This document shows, piece by piece, positions 39,601 through 54,041 of a stretch of 64,000 bases of DNA. Under the pieces are notes generated by a model. It saw only the letters and a list, made by a program, of their open reading frames with translations, was not told where the DNA came from and did no database searches. Source of the DNA: Octopus sinensis (lineage: Eukaryota). A program made the position numbers and the translations under genes. Every line of letters starts with the position of its first letter. Position 1 is the first letter of the stretch. The stretch lies in assembly GCF_006345805.1 (NCBI RefSeq), contig NC_043009.1:25482001-25546000 (forward strand), written 5' to 3'.

Positions 39601-42600
39601 ATCCCTTTAACTGAATGAGGTTACATTAAAGAAGATGGCAACTTTATGCAATGGAATGAAGGGTTAAAGTGTGAGAGAAACAAAGCAAGGCCCTGTATAG
39701 ATAGCTGCTAATTAACAAAATATAATTAATTATAAATATTTAAAAAAATTTCCTGAATATTTACCAGAGAGAGTTGTTTGACACTTGTAACTGTACTCTT
39801 CTTCTCTTGTGTTTAATTGTTCTGCAAGTTGTTGGTAGCCAAGGACTGAGAGAGCTGAAGCAAGGGGTTTTACCTGAAATGTTGGAATTTTGTTTTTATC
39901 AAACAGTTTCAGTGTACAAGGAGGCACACAAAAGTAACTGTAAATGTTTTCTGAGGGACAAGCCTGTTGTAGTTCAGGTTTCTGCCTTTAGAAGCAAGTT
40001 GATGTGACCCTCTGGCAGCATCGGGTGTAGTCCTACTGCCACGTTGTGCAATCTTTGTTTAGCGGTGCTTCTACTTTGTTCACTGATTTTTGCGATGGCT
40101 GAAATGATGGAACAGCCTGTTTCCGTGAAATTCTGTTTTCTGCTGGGGAAAACAGTGGCTGAAACAGCCTGTCATGCTTCAGACAGCTTATAACATTGCT
40201 GCCATGAGCAAAACATAAGTTCACAAGCGGTTTTCATACTTTAGGAATGGTCACTTGTTGCTTGAAGGCCAACCTCATTCAGGACAACTGTCCACCTCCC
40301 GAACAAATAAAAATATCACAAAAATGCATGAACCAATCTTGAAGGACCGTCACTGAACAGTTGACGAAATTGATATGATTGGGCTGTCCTGGAGCTCCTG
40401 CCAATGAATTTCCTAAGCTGTTGATGTTTATGTCCACGAATATATTTTACACCACACTAATTTGTAGCCTTTTCATACACATTCATATATGCATAAAAAT
40501 ATACATACAAATAGACACATGCATATACACATAAACTTACAGACGGATATACACATGGACATATACAGAGTTCAAATCCTGCATGTATACATGTGTTAGT
40601 GGTGAGGTGAGAAACATTGTGAGGATGGTTGGTGAAATATAGACAAACAACAACTGGTGAATGTGTTTATAGGCTTTGCCAAATGTGATTTTTCCCAAAT
40701 ATTACAATATTGGTTTCAAAACAGGGTTTTATTCCTGCAAAAACAAATCCAAACTTATATATAAGAGATAAATATATTAGGTTGTTTCACATGAAATTTA
40801 TTTTAAATGGGTTTCTTACGAGTCATCTATAAATGGATATATAATGAGTTCCTAGGTATATGCTTGTGTTAAGTCTTAACTCTTTTTCTTTCAAGACAAT
40901 TCTATTGTTCAAAATTGCTACCCACAGCTCTTATAACAATGTTGACAACTGAACAATAACCGATTGATTTTCTTGTATGAATACAAGTTGGGTCACTCTG
41001 CCACTGAAGCTTTACAAAACATCAAGTGGGATTTTGGTAACGATTCTGTTGACATAATAACTGTTCAGAGATGGTTCCAAAGATTTTGTTCAGCCTTTAA
41101 AATGAACCAAGAGGGAGACCAAAATCAGTTATTCGGCATGATGAATTAAATGTTTTGGTTGAATGGAATCTGAGAACAACGGTCCAAAAGATCGGATCAG
41201 AGCTCCAGATATCTCCCACAACTGCTTCTTGGCAGTTAAAGAAAATTGGAAAAGTCAAAAATATGGATAGGTTTGTTCCCCATCAACTTAATGAGATTCA
41301 AAGAAACAGATGCCTTACAGTGTGTTCCATGTTGATTTCTCGGTTGGAAAGAGAACCATTTTTGTATCAACTCATTATGTATGATAAGTGGATTCTCTTT
41401 GATAACAGCAGGAGGACAGGACAGTGGTTAGATGCAGGAGAATCACTAAAACACTACCCAAAACCGCCATTGCAACCTTAAAAAGTTGATGGTCACTGTA
41501 TGGTGATCAACAAAGGGGGTTATTCATTATTTATTTTTGCAACAAGGGAAAACTGTAACAGCAACATCCTATTGTCAGGAAATTAATTGTATGCATGAAA
41601 ACTTAAAAAAGAAGCAACCCGTGAATAGAGATGGCCCAATTTTGCTTCATTGTAATGCACGGCCTCACACTTCTCAAGCTACATTATGAAATTTTGGCAC
41701 ATCCTCCTTAATTCTCCTGATATCTCTCCAACTTATTATCGCGTATTTAAACACTTTGAGCTTGCTATACGCAATAAAACATTCTTAAATAAAGAAGAGG
41801 TAATTGAAGCATTCAAACAGTTTATCAGTGTAAAAGATAACAAATTCTTTGAAGATGGAATATATGCCTTAGAGGAATGTTGGATGAAGGTCGTAAATGA
41901 ACAAGGATCATATTTTGATTAAATAAATGAATATTCTAAAACTTTAAAAACAATTTTAATGTTTCTTTTTTCAAATGCAACATTTCATGTGAGACAACCT
42001 AATATTTTAAGGAACTCAAATATATATAAATAAATACTGAGTTGTGTGTTGTTGTTGTTGTTGCGGTTATTGTAGTTGTTTAACTCCAGATCAACCTATA
42101 TTAGCCTGTGGCCAAAGCTGTTCCAAGCATGACCATTCTGTCTCATATCTTTTTGTATATCCAGGACTACATTTTTTAATAAACCCTTCCTGTCATCAGA
42201 AATGGAAACTGTATGGAAGCCCTTATTGTGCATGCATATGTATGTGTTTGTCTCCATATGTCCACACATTGGCAGTGCTTGGGTAGTAGTGATGATGCTT
42301 TTCCGTTTCCTTCATAAACTAATTGTCTGATAGTTTGGTACTTCCGTGTCCTGTGAAATAAGGTACCTTACACACAAATGAAGTTTGGTGGCTGACCATA
42401 GCATACCACTACAAGAATTCCTCATTTCATCCATGCTAACTTTTAAAAAATGTGGATCTGAAAACTTTTTTAAAATGAGAGATTTTATATAAGAACCAGA
42501 GGCCATCTCAGACATATTGGTACTAAAAGAGTTAAAAGTGGCTTTGACCTTTAGCATACTATAGATGCATTATGTTACTGTATGAGTTATGTCCCCTTTC

Positions 42601-43156
42601 ATTGCGATCCAGTGCACCTGCACTTATAGAGAAAGTGCGTATGGGACCATTATGCACCTATATGTGCCAAAGGTTTAAGTTATGCACGTGTGAGTGTGTA
42701 TGCACTTATGTGCGCGTGTTTATGCATGTATATGTGTGTAGCAGAATGCTTTTGACGAAAGATATACTGAAGGGAAGCTAGCCCATGGTTAAACAATAAT
42801 AGCTACAATAACTGACCTTATCGCTTGTAACAGGTAGAGAGTTATGCCATGCCATTAACATGTTGAAACAGGCCACATGAGGAGCTTTATCACTGGCAGT
42901 TGTCTTTATCCGTTTCATAACCAGCCCTGAGACTTTCAGTTCTTGTGCCAGAAGTTGCCATTTGTTTCCAATAGCAGTTGATACTTGCAGAAGGAAATCT
43001 TTGTTAACAGGATCTTGGAAAGTAGAAAACGGTACAAATTTATGCATATACATTCAGGTATTCTTCTCCCATGTACATCTTCATACACACAAAAATGTAC
43101 ATGCACACATGCTTGTCCACTCACAAAAACACATACATATATCCACATGTGTGTGA

Positions 43157-43188
<32 letters not shown>

Positions 43189-46100
43189 GTACATATAAAT
43201 CAAAATATACTATATTATAGATCCATTTCAGTTAAAGTTACCAATAGGTTTCACACTAGATATTAGGTTACAGGGCAGTTAACTAATACACATGATGCTC
43301 TTCAGAGGTGGCAGGAAATAAATATATGTACATCTGACTGGCACTCTGTTGGTTATGACAAGTGTTCCAGTTGATCCGATCAATGGAAAAGACTGTTTGT
43401 GGAGCATTCCACACACACGTGTACCCTCAGCACAGTTCTTAGGGGGATTCAATGTGATACAAGATGTGACATGGCTGGCCCTTTGAAACACAGGGCAGAG
43501 GACTACACATTTTTGCCAGATGAGTGGAGTAAAGCAATGTGAAATAAAGTGCCTTGCTCAAGGACACAATGTGTCCCCAGGAATCAAACTCATAACCTTA
43601 TTATCTTGAGCCGACTACTCAAATCCCTAGGCCACATGCTTTCATACACACATGCACATACATGTGCGCACACACATGCGTGCACACACATGCACACATA
43701 TATTATTGGATGACCAATCCACCCTTTGCCGGGTTTTGTTTCTCATCCTGCAAACTGACCCCGAAACCAGCTTCTCATCAAGCAGACTATGTAGGGTTTT
43801 AGGGTTTACTCACCAATAGCCCAGCCATGAGAAGATTGTTCTAGTTCATCTGATTACTAGTTGTAGGCCCCTGGTTATCAGATCTTTACCCTAATACACA
43901 CACATTCATATACAATCTCTTTATCACACACACACACATACACTCATACACTAGAGAGGGCGATGGAGGAAGAATAATGTCTGGAGTCTTGTGTATCTGA
44001 TAAATTCTAATAATAGAATCAATGCCATCCTACCTTTGATACATTGCAGCTGTTTCTGCCAGTCCTGGAAATGAAATAATAAAAATAATAATAATAATAA
44101 TAATCCTTTCTACTAAATGCACAAGGCCTGAAATTTGTGGGGAGGGGACTAGACAATAACATCAGCCCCAGTGTTTCACTGGTACTTAATTTATAGACCT
44201 TGAAAGTATGAAAGGCAAAGTCAACTTTAGAGGAATTTTAGCTTAAAATGTCAATAATAATAATAATAATAGCTGATGTAGTACCTGGCACTGACTCTCA
44301 TGGCTTCTGATCTTAACTGATTGGAAGTGTTATCATGTACCTTGTTTTATCTTGGTATTAAAGATGGGCTACAGTAAATATTCTGCTCAATACCACAGGT
44401 TTGCTTGTCAGTTGTTTGACCTTAACCAGTTGAGCATGTCCTTTAGTGGCTGATGAAAACTGCACCTCTGATCACAAGTAGAAGTAGTGGGGGAGCATCA
44501 TAGCCATGTGTTGAGAGGAGTTCTTTGGGATTTGGATAATTCACATCTGAGAACATGGGTGTTTCGTTTAACATCCTTAAACAATCTTATTCAGGGACTA
44601 TTTGAGCAGGATGGGCGACTCAACCAAGAGAAAATTCTAACTGGGCACCATCTACAAGGTCATGTGCTGTTTATCTTGATATGAGATCACCATGTCGCAC
44701 AAATATGGTTGTGATGCATGTGCCTGGTGTACCCTTATCAGACGGGTAGTTATGATGGGTACACTGGGCTTCGTATATTCTACCCCAGTGTCACTTTGAG
44801 AGTATGCACTGCTCTCTCACTCAATAATAATAATATTGGTTTCAAATTTTATTACTTTGCCAGCAATTTCTGTGAAGGGGATAAGTCAACTACATCGACC
44901 CCAGTATGCAACTGGTACTTAATTTATTGACCCTGAAAGGATGGAAGGCAAAGTTGATCTCAGTGGAATTTGAACTCAGAACATAGCGACGAGTGAGATA
45001 CTGCTGAGCATTTCGTCCAGCACGCTAACGATTTTGCTAGCTCACCACCTTAACAACAACTGTAATAATAATAATAATAATCCATTCTACTGTAGGCACA
45101 AGTCCTGAAATTTTTGGGGAGAGGCTAATCGATTATATCGACCCCAGTGCATAACTGGTACTTATTTCATTGCCTCCGAAAGGATGAAAGGCAAAGTCAA
45201 CCTCGGTGGAATTTGAACTCAGAGAGTAAGTACGGACGAAATGCTCACTGCCTTAACAATAATAATAATAATGATTATAATAATAATGATAATAATGATA
45301 ACAAGAAATATTGTTTCTCTCATTACATGTGTATGTTTGTGTGTGTGTGTGTGTGCAAATATATGCATACTCACCCACAGTATGTGTGGTGGCTTCAACA
45401 TATACACAGTTTCACATCTGGATTGAAATGAAATAAAATGATAATTGAAAGCATGCATGCATCAGATATAAGTATTGTATTCATAACTATTATACATACA
45501 AGCATCTGTGAAAATGTGAGCATATGCACATGTGAGGGTTGGTGCACTCATGATCACAAAGTGAGTTAACTATCTACTTGGTGTTTGTAAGAATCGTTAT
45601 CGTAACTATGTCACCAGCTTTAAGACAAATCAATAAGAGACAGTCAACATCTTTGGCCGATTTTGTATGGCAACTGAAGGAGAATAAAATGAAGTACAGC
45701 ATAACTTGGTCCATAGTAAGGTACACGAAACCATACAATATAATTTCCAGGAGATGCTGTCTCTGCTCCGAGGAATCCCTGTCTATTCTGTGGACCAATG
45801 AGAAGATCATTAATAGACTCTCCATCCATTAGGATGTGAACGAATATTTGTCAATTTTTTACCCTGAAGAGATTTTTACCATTTAAATGCATAATGCAAT
45901 CTGAATTGCATAATATGAATCAAGGTAAGAAACTGAAACATACGTAGGTGATATGAAATTGACTATTATATAAATAAATTGATTTTTTTTCTGTGTTCAA
46001 ATGCTTCATTTTCCTTATATTGTATATATATATATGCATCATATACATACATCACACATAGACACACAGTAATATTGAGTTCAGACTTTGGTACAAGTCC

Positions 46101-48744
46101 ATCAATTTTGTGGGAGAGGGCCAAGTTGATTACATCCACCCCAGTGTTCAACTGGTACTTATTTTATTGATTCCAAAAGGATGAAAGGCAAAGTTGACCT
46201 TGACGGAATTTGAACTCAGAATGTAAAGATCAATTAAATACTGCTAAGCATTTTGCCTGGCATGCTACTGATTCTGCCAGCTTGCTGCCATTAGATACAG
46301 AGTAATATCAAGTTGAAGAATCATCATAAATGGGCATACTACCACCACACGCACACAGGGTAAATATTGGGTTGGTGCATAATTATTGAAGACTTTTTTT
46401 TCAACAAATTTTATTCAACAAAAAATAATAATAATATTTAACAAAAACATCTTTAAATGACGGTCTGACGGTCTGACTGTCTGCCAAGCAAATGGGAAGC
46501 AGTAATTGAAGTAGATGATGAATATGCTCCGGAATAATCATTTAAAGATGTTTTTGTTACATGTTGTTATTGTTTTTGTAGAATAAAATTTGTTGAAAAA
46601 AAGCCGCAATAATTATGCACCAACCCAGTAATAACAACAGTGAAGAATATACATTATACACACACATACATATACCATATGGATACACAGATATTTGTCA
46701 TTATCATCATTGCTTTAACATCTACTTTTTCTTGTTTGCATGGGTTAGATGAAATCCACTGATACAGATTTCCAATGGCCATATGCTCTCCCCATCAATA
46801 CAAACATGCAAATACAACTGGTGCTCCATCGGTTGTGATGACGAGGATTCCAGTTGATCCCTGCCCGGGAAGGTAATGTGCAAGGGAGATTCAGCATGAC
46901 ACAGAATGTGACAAGGCTGGCCCCTTTTAAACTGGGGTAACGTGAAATAAAGTGTCTCGTCCAAGGACACAATGTGTCATTGGGAATTGTCCTCTCAACC
47001 TTACAATCATGAGCCGAATACCTTAAGCACTGAGCCAAGCGCCTTCACATGCATATACACTCCATATGCATAAACACACACACACACACACAGACACACA
47101 CACACACTTACACACACACATACATACACAAAATCACACACACACAGATAAAGACACACAGACACACACATACAGACACATGCGCACACAAACACATGCA
47201 CACACACAAATACACAGACACACACACAAGCACACACACACACACAATTGCACGATGAGCCCTTTTTCAATTTCCACCACATTATGTCAGGTGTTGAGAG
47301 GCTGAAGAATGACAGAGGAACAGGCGCAGTTAATTTACCAAAGAGAAAACAAATGGCTACCCTCTATTATATGACTGATGCATCAATAATTATTTTTTGT
47401 GTGATCTCCAGTGCATCACAAAGTTTAAAACATTAAGAACCACTGCACAAGTTATAGCAGCCAAGCCTCCCTCATATTACTCTGCTGACACAGAAAAAGG
47501 AAGGACACATTAGACAATGCATGTCAAGATACACCAAGCCTGAAAAAATGTAGTCTGGAATGATTACAGCCAAGACTGTCCCATCTTTTATTTTTGATTT
47601 CTAATTACATAAATCGGCTCTTTTAGGATTAACACTCACAGTGATAATTCCTTTTTATTTTTGGTCAAAGGCCAACAAATTTTGAGGGGAAGGGGAAGTT
47701 GATTACATATAGTCCCCCAAAACTGAACTGGTTCTTATTTCACTAGCTCTGGAAGAATGAAGGGCAGAGATGACGTCAGTGGAATTTGAGTTTAGGATAT
47801 AAAGAACCAGATGAAATGGTGCAAAACATTTTCTCTGGTGCAGTATTTATTCTGCCAGCTTGCCTTAACAATAAACACAATAATAATAATAAGAGACAAA
47901 CAAGATCTTACTTTGAGGGTGGCTTTATCTTAAAGCTAATTCCTTGGTTTTGGGATATCTGAATGGCTTCCTCAGTCCATTGTGAGGAACGGTTCTTGGA
48001 ATACAGCTGCAAATCTAGAAACAGAAGTTTAGTTTATAATATCAAGATTTTATACAGACGTGGGGTGCAAGGTTCCATGCAGATAAAGCTTTTTACTGAT
48101 ACCAGCCCCTTATTAAGACACATGACAACTTGTCTTAACTGTAAGAGATTTTGTTTTCACTCGCACACACACCACCACCACTATCACTACCACACATACT
48201 GCACACATATGTTTAAGGCACAGGAAAGGAAAGAAGGAATATATATAATCATCATCACACCTCTTCACTGTTAAGGGAGAAAGGAAGAAAGAAACCCAAT
48301 CGTGTTTAGTTCCTAAATGTTTTTAATGATCTTGACTTTCATTGTATTGATGAGCTCCAATGAGAGCCAACAGTTGCCAGTCAAAATTCCACGTGTGTGT
48401 GTGTATGTGTGTGTGCGTGCGTGTGTGTGCATGTGCACGCAGATGCATATATATATATATATGTGTGTTTGTATGTATATATGTAATATAAATATACATA
48501 TGTGTGTATGAGTATATATATATATATATATATATATACATAGAAATAAATGCTAATGTCTTTTCTACTACTGTAAAATCTCTGAGACAATAATAATAGG
48601 AAAAGAAAGATGGACGATGGTCACACACATACATACACACAGACACTGATGCTGGCACACACACAAACACACATATATACATGCATATATATATATATAT
48701 ACATACATACACACACACGCATATATATATATTTTTATATATAT

Positions 48745-48788
<44 letters not shown>

Positions 48789-49565
48789 ATATATAATGAA
48801 TTAATAAATAAAACATATGCATATATACATACATATATGTATGTACCTACCTCTACATGTATATATACATGCATATATGGGTACAGGACACCAAAAAAAT
48901 GTCAAACACAATGAGAAACAAAAAAACATAAACACAAAACCAAGGAACTGGACATTTTTCTTAAACAACGAAAAAATAGAGTACAGGACAAATAACACAA
49001 GGAAAATTCCCCTTCTTCACTCGCCATGGTTTCATCTACTCTGCGTTTCAAAGGTTCGCCACTCTCAAAAATAGCGTTCGTAACACTATCTCATTCGGCT
49101 TAACAGCCCTTCTTGTCTTGTTATTCTCCTGTTTTATTTTGTACTGTAGTAACTGTCCTGTTTTTGTTACCATTTGTACCCCTCCACAAAAAGATCTCAA
49201 ATTTTATTTAATTTGCTTTTCACGGGAAGGAAAGTTTCTATCGAAGATGCATATCGCCTTCACCTTCGAAACGCAGAATAGATGAAACCATGGCGAGTGA
49301 AGAAGGGGAATTTTCCTTGTGTTATTTGTCCTGTACTCTATTTTTTCGTTGTTTAAGAAAAATGTCCAGTTCCTTGGTTTTGTGTTTATGTTTTCGTTTC
49401 TCAATGTGTTCGACGTTTTTTTGGTGTCCTGTATCCATATATGCATGTATATATACATGTAGGAGTAGGTACGTACATATATGTATGTATATATGCATAT
49501 GTTTTATTTATTAATTCATTATGTGACGGAACGCACGCATCCATTTCTAAGTAAGATTGTTCTTG

Positions 49566-49630
<65 letters not shown>

Positions 49631-50081
49631 TATATACATGCATACATATATATACATTCATACAAGCATGTGTGCACACACACAACACACACACACACAC
49701 ACAGATCTTGAGAAAAGGTGAATGAATGACATAACCAATGTTTTTTGTAAGCACCCGGCAAACCCACAAGACAACAAGTTGATGTTGGTAAGAACAACAG
49801 CAACGACAACAATAATATGAGAGCTGCAGCAGTAATGGGAAAAACACTTCTATGGCTTTGGTTGAAGAGATGCATTTCTGTGTGTTACCTGGAAATGTAT
49901 TATTGCTTGTAGTAGAAAAATGGACTGTGATTGGTTGCTGCAAATCTATGTTGAAGGTGAGGAACAACTGAGGTATCGGTTGGTAAGGGTTTAACTAGAA
50001 GAAAACATGGTCACAGTATCAACTATGCAACTAATAATAATCATAACAACGACAAAAATAATGACAACAACAACAACAATA

Positions 50082-50146
<65 letters not shown>

Positions 50147-52011
50147 AATAATAATAGTAATAATAATAATAATAATAATAATGATAATGGATGTATAAAT
50201 ATTCGTATGCACACGTGCATACACATTTAAATATATTCACGCTTACTCACTAATGGATGGAAGCACTCCGTCGGTTACGACGACGAGGGTTCCGGTTGAT
50301 CCGATCAACGGAACAGCCTGCTCATGAAATTAACGTGTAAGTGGCTGAGCACTCCACAGACACGTGTACCCTTAACGTAGTTCTCAGGGATATTCAGCGT
50401 GACACAGAGAGTGACAAGGCCAGCCCTTTGAAATACAGGTACAACAGAAACAAGAAGTAAGAGTGAGAGAATGTTGTGGTGAAAGAGTACAGCAGGGATC
50501 ACCACCATCCCCTGCCAGAGACTCGTGGAGCTTTTAGGTGTTTTCACTCAATAAACACTCACAACGCCCGGTCTGGGAATCGAAACTGCGATCCTATGAC
50601 CGCGAGTCCACTGCCCTAACCACTGGGCCATTGCACCTCCACACTCACTAATACACACTCACATACATACATACATACATACATATATACATATATATGT
50701 GTGTGTGTAAATACATATATGCAAATGTGAGTGTGTGTGTGGTGTATATATGGATTTACACATAAGCACTCAGACATATGCAAATACATATTACTTCACA
50801 AATAACACAAAAACACCTACATTTATGCACACACACACACATATGCAAAAATATACATACATACACTTATGTATACATAGAAATATACATGCATGCACAC
50901 GTGCTTACACACACACACACAAAATTCATGCTAACAAATATTCATGCATACACACATACATACATATCTAAGTCTAAGAGATGAAGATATGACTTACTTT
51001 AAGTCTTATGACGATCTTCTGAGAGAGACTTGCTTCTCGTGGGATCATAATGGACAGGTTTGGTTCCAAAGATGAGACCAGCTTTGTGCCATGAAACAGC
51101 CAGGTTTCTGCTCTCATCCGTTTGGTGAGAGCAATATAACAGGGTAGCTGTCTTATCAACTTCTCATCCTGGTAACTATGCTATTGTTGGTGTTGTTGTT
51201 GAGGATGTTGATGTTCGCCATAAAAACCATGGTGGTGGTGGTGGTGGTGGTGGCCCAAGTGTTAGAAGTATCAGAGGTGGTGCAATATGGAACAGAAAAA
51301 CAAGAGATTTGAGGTTACAGCATAGATATGTAAGAAGTTTGTATGAGATGTATGTGATGTATAGGTTGGGCAGAGGGCTATTTCAGTTACTGGCCAGGAA
51401 GGAATTGTGTGTGTGTGTGTGTGTTGTGGAATGAGTGTCAACAAGCAAGGGTTGAATAAAAGCTGAATTATTAGATTATTAAATGCTATTATTAAACATT
51501 TGAATGGGATTTATATCAGTTGAGTACAAGGAATATACAAATATGAATAGAAAAACAAATAGAATCTCATTTACTGCATCATACACCTACAATGTGATGA
51601 GAATTAAATCTGCCAAACAGGATCACAGTTATTAAACTGGATTAGGGTACATAAGCAACAAATCAAAGCTTAATCTCTTAGAAATGTTTCATGCAGTGAA
51701 ATAGATTGGTGGAAAAGAAAAATTGAAAATATTCTCTTCTTTTTCTAAATAAAGGAAAAGAATGAGCAACTACAAAAGGCAAAAGAAGAATACTTTATAA
51801 GAATTCTAAATCTGAAACTAAACCACAAATAGTCTGCAACACCACCAAAAACAATATTCCTGACACGGTATACCTCATAAAACAAGTGTTTTAAAAACTG
51901 AAAATAGTGTAAATGCCTATACAATACTAAAACTAACAACATGCTGTATCAAAAGTGGTGAACAACAAAGTTTCTTGTATATTCCATATTCCGTCTCTGT
52001 CATTTGTTACA

Positions 52012-52062
<51 letters not shown>

Positions 52063-52240
52063 ACACACAATCAGGCTCAAACTTCGATCATGTGACCACA
52101 ATAGTACCAACTATAAGTACACATGTGCAAAAGGCAAGATATGTAATGATGAAAGTGTGGATAACTTTTGACTTCCCTTTGTATGTGTGTGTGTGTGTAT
52201 GTATACATGCATGCATATATTATATCTATATCTATCAATC

Positions 52241-52283
<43 letters not shown>

Positions 52284-52300
52284 ATCTATATATATATCTA

Positions 52301-52339
<39 letters not shown>

Positions 52340-52340
52340 A

Positions 52341-52371
<31 letters not shown>

Positions 52372-53947
52372 CCCAGAGAGAGAAATACATATGCTTATAT
52401 ATACACAAGTGTGTATATAAACACATATCTACTAAACAAAGATCATTAACTGTTTCTCTTACCTCTTCTAGATGAGGAGACTCCACTTCATTGCAGTCAA
52501 TCATGTCATCATCATCATCATCATAAGAATTTGACCAATTAATTCCATCACTGCTTTCGATGAGTTCACAACTGTGATATTGGTGAAGGGTTTCATGACA
52601 AAATGATGTAATCTCTAAGGTTGACTGTGAAGTATACAAGCATAAAAGACTATATATACATACATACATTTGTACACATATATGTATATACCAACATCAA
52701 AATATGATACCACGTGACCTTCCTCGACCAATTGCAGCCCACTTTATGGTAATAACTGCTGTCATTCAAATTATGATTATTATTATATTATTATTATTAT
52801 TATTATTATCATTATTATTATTCAGGTCACTGCCTGGAATTGAACTTGGAATCTTGGAGTTAGTAGCCCGCGCTCTTAACCACTACACAAAATGAGGACA
52901 AATATCCATTAAATGTAAATAATGTAAGAAATATTTCCTCAGAAGCCATATGTAGTACAAACTTTCAACCTCCATAATGTCGAGGTGAGCTTAGACAACA
53001 TTGCATCTAACACTGGACGCCTCAGCAGATGTAAAAATGCACCTTCACAATGCCCAATCCTAACCTGCAACTTCCGAAACCCAACCACCTGTCCTTTAAA
53101 AGGATCCTGCCGCTCAAGGACCGTAGTATAGAGAGCTACTATTACACCATCTGACAGTACTACTAGGCATTATATGGGTATGACAGCCAATGACATCAAG
53201 GGAAGATACTCCTAGCACATGCAGTCATTCAGATCCAGTGATAGAGAGAAGTCTACTTCCCTGTCTCGTTTTCTCTGGAGACTCTGTGACTCTGAGGTGA
53301 AACACCCAACATTAAGTCGACTATTGTTGGCAGGGCACCACCATATTTACCTAATTGCCAGCTCTGCCTCCATGAAAAACAGCATATCGTCTACCAACAA
53401 GAAGTACAATCTATTCTATTGCTGTCACCAGAAGTATGTCTTACTGGTACATTTCAAGTCACTGTCCACCAACAACCCATGTATACCACCTTAGTACCAT
53501 CTGCTCCCCTGTGCCACCTGCACCAAGGTCACTATCACCGTCCAAATCCCATGAGCAGGACTGCCAATCACGAATCCCCAATGCTTGTTCATGCTTGTAT
53601 ACCTGCATACTCTCATCCCATGTACATACCCACATGATTATATATGCACGTGCACATGCATGAACATATGCACACGTGTTTGAGTTGAGGTGCAAGTGCA
53701 CCCTGTGTGTGTCTGTATGTATGTGTGTACGCCTCTTTATACAAACACGCACACTAATAAATACAAGTGAACACCAGTGTGTATACATGGGTGTGCATAT
53801 TAATATACACACCGGTGAGCATACACTCGGACATACACACTGATGTGCATACACGTCCATATGCACATCCACACGTGTGTGCATGCATCTATGCATACTC
53901 ACATATATATGCGCGCACACTCATATATATATGTATATGTATATATA

Positions 53948-54041
<94 letters not shown>

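Noticed and set aside
42372-42522. Apparent exon with good splice sites between the death-domain exons
   Set aside because: Phase 2->0 would frameshift the death domain, and the acceptor lies in the end of a TTAA-type MITE.
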